From a virus, in the IMG/VR virus record IMGVR_UViG_3300017963_000230, positions 1-64,000 of that record: 64,000 bases of DNA; one strand, written 5' to 3'. Each line of letters begins with the position of its first letter. Positions within the stretch are counted from its first letter, which is position 1. A program made the position numbers and the translations under genes. The notes below the pieces were generated by a model, which ran no database searches, was not told where the DNA came from, and saw nothing but the letters and a program-made list of their open reading frames with translations. Of this stretch, positions 51,195-59,444 are shown in pieces.

Positions 51195-51233
51195 TATTTG
51201 ACGAATTCTGCACGAACTGTGCTTGCTTAATGC
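51195..51233 (-). promoter_or_regulatory. Conserved ~38-nt intergenic motif, copy D (minus orientation, upstream of a minus-strand gene)
   Basis: Reverse complement gcattaagcaagcacagttcgtgcagaattcgtcaaata, 28 nt before the SD-less ATG at 51167. Confidence 0.6.
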
Positions 51234-51244
51234 TTCACTATGCT

Positions 51245-52120
51245 TTATTTATTTCCACTAAACAATTTCCTTCTGGGTCTTGCTGGAGTACTTTCAACAT
51301 CTGTGCTTGATACACTTTTAGAAGTGGTAGAAGATTTGGTAGAGGGTTTTCTAAATACGATACCATACTGACCAAAAAAATACCTGCGCTTGTGTATCAT
51401 ATCCCAGGACCCCGTTCTATCTAATAAATCAAATCCTGTACTCTTTGCCAAGTCTTCCATATACCACATTGACATCTGTATGTTAATGCCACGAACTTTA
51501 GTTTTAGGTCCGCCTTCACGATATCCTGGTCCTTCTTTCTCCTTTTCGATGTCTTTCAGTACCTCAGACCAAGGCTGGTGAAGAGCTGACCTTAGCATTC
51601 TGGAAAAGAAAACTACTCCAACTCCTCCTGGTTTCATAACACGGTAAACCTCTTTCAAATAATTTCTGATATTTTCCACCGTTCCTAAGTGCATAAACGT
51701 AACCCAACTGTGGACAAAATCAATACTCTCTTCTGGAAGTGGAATTGTTTTACCATCTCCTACTACTAATTCTACCTCTTCGTCCTTAATTCCCCTCTTA
51801 TTGAGTTCTTCCATAACAAAGTCGGCTTCTTCATGAACATCTAAACCATATGCCTTGTCAAAATACAATGAGGCAGCCAAAACTTGTCCACCACTTCCAT
51901 AACCTATATCTAAAGAAGTCTTGGTATTAAGTTTCTTAAGATACTTTTTGGCACTTGGAAGCATAAGCCTGTTGAAAACATCCTCTGCCTTTTCAAAAGC
52001 CGCATCCGTAGTTTCATTTTCACCTTTAGGTCCATCAAACCAACTAAAGAACTTATCTCTTCCCTGTTCCCTTAATAATTTAATCTCATTACGGAAACCT
52101 TCTGGATTGCAATAATTCAT
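51245..52120 (-). CDS. Class I SAM-dependent methyltransferase with a Ser/Thr-rich tail
   Basis: SLDIGYGSGGQ, VHSWVTFMHL, MKPGGVGVVFF. C-terminal STKSSTTSKSVSSTD. Confidence 0.65.
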   Translation of the reverse strand: MNYCNPEGFRNEIKLLREQGRDKFFSWFDGPKGENETTDAAFEKAEDVFNRLMLPSAKKYLKKLNTKTSLDIGYGSGGQVLAASLYFDKAYGLDVHEEADFVMEELNKRGIKDEEVELVVGDGKTIPLPEESIDFVHSWVTFMHLGTVENIRNYLKEVYRVMKPGGVGVVFFSRMLRSALHQPWSEVLKDIEKEKEGPGYREGGPKTKVRGINIQMSMWYMEDLAKSTGFDLLDRTGSWDMIHKRRYFFGQYGIVFRKPSTKSSTTSKSVSSTDVESTPARPRRKLFSGNK

Positions 52121-52121
52121 T

Positions 52122-53048
52122 TCATACCTCCTTCTTTAAATAATTTATCAATTTAATTGCAGACCTATCATAGCTAAAAGATTTCTTGAACTTTTCTCTC
52201 CCATTCTTCCTAACCCGATCTATCAATAAAGGATTATCTAATAACCATTTAAGTTTAGAATGAAAATTATGGGAGTTCCAAGATATATAATCTTCCCCAT
52301 CTACTAAATCTTCATTAGGCAGAAAGTGGATATCCTCCAAGGAACAATGAGCATACAGCAAAGCACCAGCTTTTAAGCAATCTGCGTAAGATCCTGAATA
52401 CTGTCCAAAACCACAGCAGCCCACACTTATTAGAGTTCTTCTTAATTCTTGAATATAATTCTCTCTACCTTCCACCCTTTTATAACTAACATCAGGAAGA
52501 TCTTTATTAACTTTCAATATTTTACGAACCGACTCCCTAACATAATGAGGATAATATTCAACTCCTATTTGACCATGCTTGAAACTTATTGAAATGTCCC
52601 TATCGAATTCATCTCTATACACCTTAGCATCAGACAAACTTAAACTGGTATTCAATATTACATAATCAATTTTAGGGTAGTACTTACCTGTAAATGCTTT
52701 TATAACTGGAGGGTAAGGAGTTATATCATCAAATCTAGTGTATCCATCCTTGTTACCATCATCATGGGTGTCGTGTAGTATCTTAACCCCTTTAAACTTT
52801 AAGAATATGTTATCAAAATAGTCCACCGTTTCCTTATTAAACTTTTTAGGATTGTACTCATCAGGAAAAGTTTCATAAATAAGTACATCATAATCTTCCT
52901 CTAACATACTTTCCTTAAATCTTGAAAAGTAAACTATGGAGGAAGATATATCTGGAAATAAATTCATTTCCCTTACTACATTCTCAAGATAATATCCATT
53001 CGCTCCTTTGTGAAAAAGATAAAGTACCTTCATTCTTCCTTTTCCCAT
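52122..53048 (-). CDS. Putative glycosyltransferase (CgeB / Glyco_trans_1_2-like C-terminus)
   Basis: CLKAGALLYAH...LVDGEDYISW...LKWLLDNPLLIDRVRKNGREKF resembles the GT-B C-terminal pattern. Confidence 0.4.
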   Translation of the reverse strand: MGKGRMKVLYLFHKGANGYYLENVVREMNLFPDISSSIVYFSRFKESMLEEDYDVLIYETFPDEYNPKKFNKETVDYFDNIFLKFKGVKILHDTHDDGNKDGYTRFDDITPYPPVIKAFTGKYYPKIDYVILNTSLSLSDAKVYRDEFDRDISISFKHGQIGVEYYPHYVRESVRKILKVNKDLPDVSYKRVEGRENYIQELRRTLISVGCCGFGQYSGSYADCLKAGALLYAHCSLEDIHFLPNEDLVDGEDYISWNSHNFHSKLKWLLDNPLLIDRVRKNGREKFKKSFSYDRSAIKLINYLKKEV

Positions 53049-53758
53049 ATCATAAAGTGAGCTTTATTACCTTTCTTTTTCCATCCATTCTTAACAGCCC
53101 ACTCCCTCCCCATATCTCGTATATAATTAGGCTCTCCTGGATGACCATATACCCCATACTTCCAATGCATCACCTCGTTTACCAATGCTTCATTACCCCC
53201 ATGAAATTGCTTTTCAGGATTACGATCGGTGAGTAGATGTTGGCGACAGGCTTTAACGAAGGATCCCTTTATAAGGGAAGGATGACCACAGAAACCTACT
53301 GCTTGTTTAATTTCCTCTGGGCATTCATAATAAGTGCCATTCCAGGGAAACCAACGATCCCAGTTCTTCATACCATCCTTGCCACACTTAAACTGAGGTA
53401 GGCGCAGAAGTGCAAGATCTTGATATGATTCTAATATTCCCATCATATGTCGTAAGTCCACCCTTTGCAACAATTCCCAATCGTCTTCCAGTTGTAAGAT
53501 CCAATTATTTTCTACCTGATCCCAACACCACTTAAAAGCATCACTAAAATTAGGCTCTGCTGGACAGCGAGCAATAACGGGTTCTGCGAACCAATAGCAT
53601 AATTCTATCGACTTATAGCTGTCCTCATTTACTCCTACAGGATCCACATTAATAATAATTCTAAAGTCATGGTTCCATAAAAGGTTTTCTAAAAAAGAAT
53701 TAAGAGTCTTGAATAGTAATTCACGCCTTCTGCAAGCTGTGATTGTAACATCTATCAT
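53030..53758 (-). CDS. GT-A-like protein, paralogue of 56816-57538
   Basis: ITACRRRELLFKTLNSF and ILQLEDDWELL, versus ITYQRPDYLGRTLTSF and VMHLQDDWLST in the paralogue. Confidence 0.4.
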   Translation of the reverse strand: MIDVTITACRRRELLFKTLNSFLENLLWNHDFRIIINVDPVGVNEDSYKSIELCYWFAEPVIARCPAEPNFSDAFKWCWDQVENNWILQLEDDWELLQRVDLRHMMGILESYQDLALLRLPQFKCGKDGMKNWDRWFPWNGTYYECPEEIKQAVGFCGHPSLIKGSFVKACRQHLLTDRNPEKQFHGGNEALVNEVMHWKYGVYGHPGEPNYIRDMGREWAVKNGWKKKGNKAHFMIWEKEE

Positions 53759-53766
53759 GATACCTC

Positions 53767-54396
53767 CTATAGATATCTTTGAGCCATTATATCAAACCTA
53801 CTTAATGCCTCATTGTAAATACTTCTATCCTCTTGATTTATTTCATCAAGTATTCTCCTGGTACGTCCACTAAACCTAAACTTCTTCCTACCAGGAGTTC
53901 TGTTGGCATGCATCTTATGTATGATTTCAAATCCCAAAATCTTTTCTATTATTCTCATACTTTCTTCATGCCTCTCTGTAATACCTACAAAAGCAAATTG
54001 ATCTAAATCCCCGCCTGTCATTAGATGCATATAGTTAGGAAATTGACGGGCGAACCAAAATATATTCTTTGATTTAATTCCCTCAGCCCCGTGCTTCCAA
54101 ACAGAGTAATAGGAAATCAATCTGTCTACAGGATCCCTAAGGAAAGTAATCATAGGCCACCCTAAATGCTTATACTTATTGGCTGTAAAATGACCAATAA
54201 CGCCTACATGGTAGTTTTCGTCAAAACCACCAGGGTAACCCTTTTCAGACCTATCAGTAAATTTTATCATTCCCAAGTATCTGTCTTTCCTAAAATGACG
54301 ATCCCTAAATATCTTATCTTTAAACTTTTCCCTTACCGTAATATTAAAAGAAGTGCCTCCACATTTAGGTATATGAACAAAAACAAACTTCCTCAA
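53767..54396 (-). CDS. Sulfotransferase-family protein
   Basis: FVHIPKCGGTSF (5'-phosphosulfate-binding-type loop) and FLRDPVDRLISYY (3'-phosphate-binding-type motif). Confidence 0.6.
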   Translation of the reverse strand: MRKFVFVHIPKCGGTSFNITVREKFKDKIFRDRHFRKDRYLGMIKFTDRSEKGYPGGFDENYHVGVIGHFTANKYKHLGWPMITFLRDPVDRLISYYSVWKHGAEGIKSKNIFWFARQFPNYMHLMTGGDLDQFAFVGITERHEESMRIIEKILGFEIIHKMHANRTPGRKKFRFSGRTRRILDEINQEDRSIYNEALSRFDIMAQRYL

Positions 54397-54992
54397 AACG
54401 GCTTTATCCTTTCAAAATACATCATGTTATCGTAATAGGCTTTGATTCCTTTCTTGTCTTTCCAAGGTTTTAACAGATTCTTTACTCTATCCTGAATAGA
54501 TTGCCCGTTAATAAAACCTCTATTAACAAACTTGAATACCCAATAGGTGTAAGGCTGACAGTTGACATGACCGTGACCTCCTTGTCCAGGAGGAGCGGCT
54601 GAAATTAGAACTCTTTTGGAGAGATTGGTTAAATTCTCAACAAATTGATCTGCACACTCTTCATCTATATGCTCTGCTACCTCTAAACAAATTGCAAGAT
54701 CAAAACTTAGACCTAAGTTAAGTGGAAGTCTCAGGTCTTTGATGAAAACTTTATCTTTAGGAACCAAAAGGTAGGGAACTACATTATCCGTACCCTCTAT
54801 CCCATAGCACATTATCTTTCTTTTGTCAAACTCTTTTATTAGATCTCCAACAGCACACCCTGCATCTATCACAGATTTAGGATCTAATACTTTACAAATA
54901 GCATCACATACAGCCTTTGCTCTCCACTCTAAACTGCTTCTTCTTGCAAAATATCTTCCTTTATACATTGTTCTTAAATCAATCATTTTCAA
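54393..54992 (-). CDS. Class I SAM-dependent methyltransferase
   Basis: VIDAGCAVGDL, DLAICLEVAEHI. Confidence 0.6.
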   Translation of the reverse strand: MKMIDLRTMYKGRYFARRSSLEWRAKAVCDAICKVLDPKSVIDAGCAVGDLIKEFDKRKIMCYGIEGTDNVVPYLLVPKDKVFIKDLRLPLNLGLSFDLAICLEVAEHIDEECADQFVENLTNLSKRVLISAAPPGQGGHGHVNCQPYTYWVFKFVNRGFINGQSIQDRVKNLLKPWKDKKGIKAYYDNMMYFERIKPF

Positions 54993-56118
54993 TATATTCC
55001 TTTATTAAAGGTTGAATATCTGGTTTAGGATTCTTTCTAATTACACGGAACAGTCTTTCCATTTCAGGTAATATTACATCATAAAGACCATTACGCTTTT
55101 GAAAATCATCATAACACCTCTGCTTTATTCCCTTTTTACGGAAGGTAAGGATTGCATTCCTAAGTTCATGAGCTATGCTGCTTATATCATCAGGGTTTGA
55201 AGATACATGACAAAAAGGATTATCTTTCCAAATAGAAGGACAATGGCGGGCAGTCCCCGCCAAGAGTATAGGAGTTCCACAGGCCAGCGATTCTATTGGA
55301 CCCCTATCATTCTGCCCGCCTTGTCCCATAAAGACAGAAAGGTGGCTTTGGTTTAAAACCTCAGCCACCTTTGTGCGGTGGAGCATACCAGGACAGTGTA
55401 CTGACAGACGGGCACTATTTATAGTTGAACCTATCTGGTTTGTTTTGACCCCGTGAGTTACACGACCTGGCATTATACAGTGGAGGTCTTGATTAAAAAG
55501 CCTTTTATACTCCGCGATGACCTCAATGGTTTTCCACTGACCTTTCTTGTCGTGGACGTGCGATGCACCAACGCAGATATCATACCTCTTCTTAATATCA
55601 GGAAGAGGCCGGAAGTAATCCGGATTTATAGGCTTTTTGAAGTAGTAAAAAAATCTACCTCGGGAATCATAACGATGCTTCCCATAAAGGTCGTCAAAAA
55701 CAACGTCCCAGAACTTCCACCGTGCCCTACCTGTATTGGCTGCGTAAACCAGCAACCAACGCCTTTCTTTCTTCATACGGTTTAAAAAGTTAAACCAACT
55801 TCTAAATCCACCTCTTGCCCAAATTATATCATCTGATCTCAAGAACTGATGTGCATATCCTATCTCAGGAACTACATAACACTTAACATGATTAAAATAA
55901 GTGGTATAACCTGGACTGCGAGAGGATTCGATAAAAATAAGAAGGTCATCTATTATACCCTGATTAAGCATTTCGCGGAGCATATACAGGTACCCTTCGC
56001 TAGGCAATCCATTTTCACCTGTAGCATAAAAATTATTAGATTGAGCGTGAGGATCCCAAGGCACATTAGATCCTTCTTGTGCTGCTCCATCACTATTAAA
56101 TAAGAAAATCAACCTCAA
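54979..56118 (-). CDS. GT-B fold glycosyltransferase-like protein
   Basis: GQGGQNDRGPIESLACGTPILLAG is a typical GT1/GT4 C-terminal pattern. Confidence 0.5.
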   Translation of the reverse strand: MRLIFLFNSDGAAQEGSNVPWDPHAQSNNFYATGENGLPSEGYLYMLREMLNQGIIDDLLIFIESSRSPGYTTYFNHVKCYVVPEIGYAHQFLRSDDIIWARGGFRSWFNFLNRMKKERRWLLVYAANTGRARWKFWDVVFDDLYGKHRYDSRGRFFYYFKKPINPDYFRPLPDIKKRYDICVGASHVHDKKGQWKTIEVIAEYKRLFNQDLHCIMPGRVTHGVKTNQIGSTINSARLSVHCPGMLHRTKVAEVLNQSHLSVFMGQGGQNDRGPIESLACGTPILLAGTARHCPSIWKDNPFCHVSSNPDDISSIAHELRNAILTFRKKGIKQRCYDDFQKRNGLYDVILPEMERLFRVIRKNPKPDIQPLIKEYIEND

Positions 56119-56828
56119 GGTGCAAACCTCTTAACCGCTTCATCATATATTATTAGATCTTTTTTATTGTATTTTCCGATTATATCTCTTTCCTTTTTAC
56201 TTATCTCCGGGTAGTCTCTAAAATTATAAATAGGATAAGCATTTGGAATAGGCATACCACTCCACTTACCAAATCTCTGTAAGCTCTCATCGTAATACTC
56301 TGTTATGCCTATAAAGTCGAATTTATCTAAATCTGTTCCTCCAATAAACTTACTAATAGGATTACGAGTGCCTTCGTACCTAGCAAAATCTATTAGAGTC
56401 ATCTCCTCCTTTATTATCTTTATGTGTATTTCTGGAGACCTGGCAGTAGTATTATGAATTTTAAGAGAATAGAACTGACTTGCAACCATATCTATAGGAT
56501 TCCTTACCCATGTGACCATAGGCAATCCTAAATAATCATACTTAGTATGATGAAAATGCCCATGTATTATGTCAAATAGAGTAGCATTAGGAGGAGGAGA
56601 GGCTTTTATTATATCAGGAATATACCTCTTACTTGTTTCATCATGAAGCACATTTAAAATACCATACCAATAAAACAGAAGGTTGCGAAAAGTAGTCCCT
56701 CCTGTTCTTGGTATGTGAATAGAAATAAACTTATGAATGATGGAGGATCTATCTTCCATCCTAGGATACCATTTCTTTAACTGTATAGAGAAAGGGGTAG
56801 GTTTCTTCTTTCTACTCATCTTACCCAC
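56115..56828 (-). CDS. Sulfotransferase-family protein (second copy)
   Basis: SIHIPRTGGTTF and WVRNPIDMVASQFY. Confidence 0.6.
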   Translation of the reverse strand: MGKMSRKKKPTPFSIQLKKWYPRMEDRSSIIHKFISIHIPRTGGTTFRNLLFYWYGILNVLHDETSKRYIPDIIKASPPPNATLFDIIHGHFHHTKYDYLGLPMVTWVRNPIDMVASQFYSLKIHNTTARSPEIHIKIIKEEMTLIDFARYEGTRNPISKFIGGTDLDKFDFIGITEYYDESLQRFGKWSGMPIPNAYPIYNFRDYPEISKKERDIIGKYNKKDLIIYDEAVKRFAP

Positions 56829-57538
56829 CTATCCTTTCCCCTAATTTCTGTTGTAGCCCTCTCTTCTCCTATGTGCATAAAACAGTTTCCTCTCACCTGA
56901 CCAGCAAGTAAACCTAATTTATGATATTTCTCCATCGCATCGTGCTCTTCAGTTACAGGTAGCATACGCTTTAAAACGGAGGTTCTAATGATAGTAGGAT
57001 TAAAGGTAAAATGAGCATTACCAATAACAATACGACAGTACTTATTGAACTTGGTATCCCATTTCTTCCATTTGATAGTCTTTTTAGAGATTCTATTTAC
57101 AATACTCACCTTGCTCCACGTAGCCGACCTAAGCCGTGCATACCCAACATCCTCCCTTTCTTCAAACAGTTGAAAGATACCTTTGTTATTTTTATATCCA
57201 GAGAAGTCATCCTCATAAAGGTAGTGAGTAATAGGCTCCGTACTTAACCAATCATCTTGTAAGTGCATTACAAGATCCGTACCTTCTTCTAAAAGCTCTT
57301 GATTTAAAAGGGAATAACCCCAAGCACAACCATGATTACTTTTAAGGGAAATAATCCTATCTATTCTCTCTTTAAACCTATCTAGAACTCTCATCGTAGC
57401 GTCATCCATGCCCTGCACAAGCACCACTACTGGTCTAAATTCTTCTAAGCAATCATAATTAACATTAAAGAAGGAAGTGAGTGTTCTGCCTAAGTAGTCA
57501 GGACGTTGGTACGTTATAATTCCCAAGGGCACTCTCAT
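56816..57538 (-). CDS. GT-A-like protein, paralogue of 53030-53758
   Basis: See 53030-53758. Shares the N-terminal beta-strand/Arg motif and the xQxxDDW motif. Confidence 0.4.
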   Translation of the reverse strand: MRVPLGIITYQRPDYLGRTLTSFFNVNYDCLEEFRPVVVLVQGMDDATMRVLDRFKERIDRIISLKSNHGCAWGYSLLNQELLEEGTDLVMHLQDDWLSTEPITHYLYEDDFSGYKNNKGIFQLFEEREDVGYARLRSATWSKVSIVNRISKKTIKWKKWDTKFNKYCRIVIGNAHFTFNPTIIRTSVLKRMLPVTEEHDAMEKYHKLGLLAGQVRGNCFMHIGEERATTEIRGKDRWVR

Positions 57539-57539
57539 A

Positions 57540-58124
57540 CTATTCCTTTATGAAAAAGCGAGTGGTACAGCTTTTAAGTTTAAGATGAGTATTAGCTGGA
57601 TGTCCTCTGAACATATCAAGCACCTCTTTAACGCAAGGATTCTCAGGATGAACTTCATATCCCCAATCATGAACACCCATCACATCTCCTTTATTTAACA
57701 GCTTACCATAATAACAGATTTCTCTGTCCTTGTTACCATTATCACAATAAAGGAGTTTCTTTTCAGGTCTTTCAAGTAAGGCTGACAGCATGATATTCTT
57801 CCTGTCTATAACATCTGACCTTATAAAGGATACCCTCTTACCAAAACCATGGTTTATAAGGAACTCCAAATCCTCCTTAGTGACTTTACCTTTAGCACGT
57901 ACTAAACTCGTCCTAGCATCCATATTGTCAAAGGTAAAAAGAGTAGCCTTAGGATCAGCCTCATGCAATAACAAGGTAAGTCCATAATAAAAAGTACCCA
58001 ACTCCACTATTACCTTAAACTTACTATCCCTTACCACCTTCTGTATTATAGGGAAGCTGTCGAGTTCATGACTGATAAGAGCCTTTAGTCCTTTAACTCT
58101 TTTACTCTCGTACCAATTTCTCAT
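57540..58124 (-). CDS. Putative SAM-dependent O-methyltransferase (TylF / Methyltransf_24-like)
   Basis: VIVELGTFYYGLTLLL and LLYCDNGNK. Confidence 0.4.
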   Translation of the reverse strand: MRNWYESKRVKGLKALISHELDSFPIIQKVVRDSKFKVIVELGTFYYGLTLLLHEADPKATLFTFDNMDARTSLVRAKGKVTKEDLEFLINHGFGKRVSFIRSDVIDRKNIMLSALLERPEKKLLYCDNGNKDREICYYGKLLNKGDVMGVHDWGYEVHPENPCVKEVLDMFRGHPANTHLKLKSCTTRFFIKE

Positions 58125-59383
58125 CTATATTTTAACTCCTGCATTGTGGGTGCGTAGTACTTACGGTAAAGATTATCATAATTATAGGTTCTGCGGCAGT
58201 GTGTCTTGATTTTCAATGCCTCATTCTCTTTAAATCTGCCTATGATGATAAAAGCTACATCACGAAAGAATTTATCTGGATCTTCAATCTTTAAATCATG
58301 ACTAAAGCTACCAAAGTCAAAATAGAGGCAATTGGCCTTAGTAATCTCTATTTGCTGATGCAAAGACTTATTTAGCACCATATAGGTTCCAGACAAAGCC
58401 GCCTCTGGTACTACAAGACCAAAAGACTCTTCCCTAGTGGGGAAGATAAACAGGTTGCTACAGAGAAACAGCTCACGGATCATATACTGGGGAATGCCTA
58501 CATCAAACTTGGGGCTCTCGAAGTCGCTGGTAAAGGCGAAGTCTACTTGATCAATCAATCCTTTCATTATCGCATGTTGTCTATATTTATCAGTATCTTC
58601 TTTCTGTTGTTTACCAGTAGCCCACTGATTAGCTACGAGAAGGAACACTTCTCTTCCATGAGCTTTAAGCTCAGCAAAGATACTCATTACATAACGCAAC
58701 CTTTTGGCTGCCAGTCGATCTACTGAAGCAGGTAGTAATTGAACGAATTCTGCACTCAGTATGCCTGGATATTTATCAATCAGCCTCTTGGTGTCGTCAC
58801 TAAATTCAAACCATGTACGGATATCTTTAATGTGAGGTATACAACGAACATCATGAATCTGCCCCTTATAGTGCTCTGCTACCCTAATACGGTCAGTTTC
58901 GTTTGGATAGATGAGTTTATGATTTGGACCGTATTCCCCTATATTCCACCAATCTCGTGGACCACCTGAAGGGATACTGTGTATCCAGTGCATCCACACT
59001 ACCTTTGGTAGATTGGAAGTAGCTTCCTTTATAGCTTCACCATAAGGCATATTCCAACCAATGAAAACAAAGTCATGAGTATAAACTACATCAAATTCCT
59101 CTTCACCGAGTATCTTGACGAACCTTTTGGCTGTCTCAATTTTGATAATCTTATGCTCGTCTGACAGGTCCCTCACAGAATGATAATCTTTGAGGTGAGT
59201 AAAAGGTATTTCCTTCCTTAATTGTACGTTACCTGGAAAGTCCTCTCCATGATACCTTTCATTTACAAAAAGGTGAACTTCATGGTCATAACGAGCGAGC
59301 ATCTCTACCTGATCCTTAACAATACCCGTAAGACTGTAACCTGGTTGAAACTCTTGAAATGTTGTCATGATTGCAATTTTCAT
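58121..59383 (-). CDS. GT4-like GT-B glycosyltransferase
   Basis: MKIAIMTTF...EVHLFV N-terminus and LFIFPTREESFGLVVPEAALSG (EX7E). Confidence 0.7.
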   Translation of the reverse strand: MKIAIMTTFQEFQPGYSLTGIVKDQVEMLARYDHEVHLFVNERYHGEDFPGNVQLRKEIPFTHLKDYHSVRDLSDEHKIIKIETAKRFVKILGEEEFDVVYTHDFVFIGWNMPYGEAIKEATSNLPKVVWMHWIHSIPSGGPRDWWNIGEYGPNHKLIYPNETDRIRVAEHYKGQIHDVRCIPHIKDIRTWFEFSDDTKRLIDKYPGILSAEFVQLLPASVDRLAAKRLRYVMSIFAELKAHGREVFLLVANQWATGKQQKEDTDKYRQHAIMKGLIDQVDFAFTSDFESPKFDVGIPQYMIRELFLCSNLFIFPTREESFGLVVPEAALSGTYMVLNKSLHQQIEITKANCLYFDFGSFSHDLKIEDPDKFFRDVAFIIIGRFKENEALKIKTHCRRTYNYDNLYRKYYAPTMQELKYR

Positions 59384-59427
59384 CTTCCTACTCCTTTCTT
59401 CATTTGGTTAATGATTGACGCTATATG

Positions 59428-59436
59428 ATTATAGCA
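59428..59436 (-). promoter_or_regulatory. Extended -10 element for the glycan-island operon
   Basis: Minus-strand TGCTATAAT in the 61-nt gap, 45 nt before ATG 59383 (GAAAGGAG SD). Confidence 0.45.
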
Positions 59437-59444
59437 TATATCCG

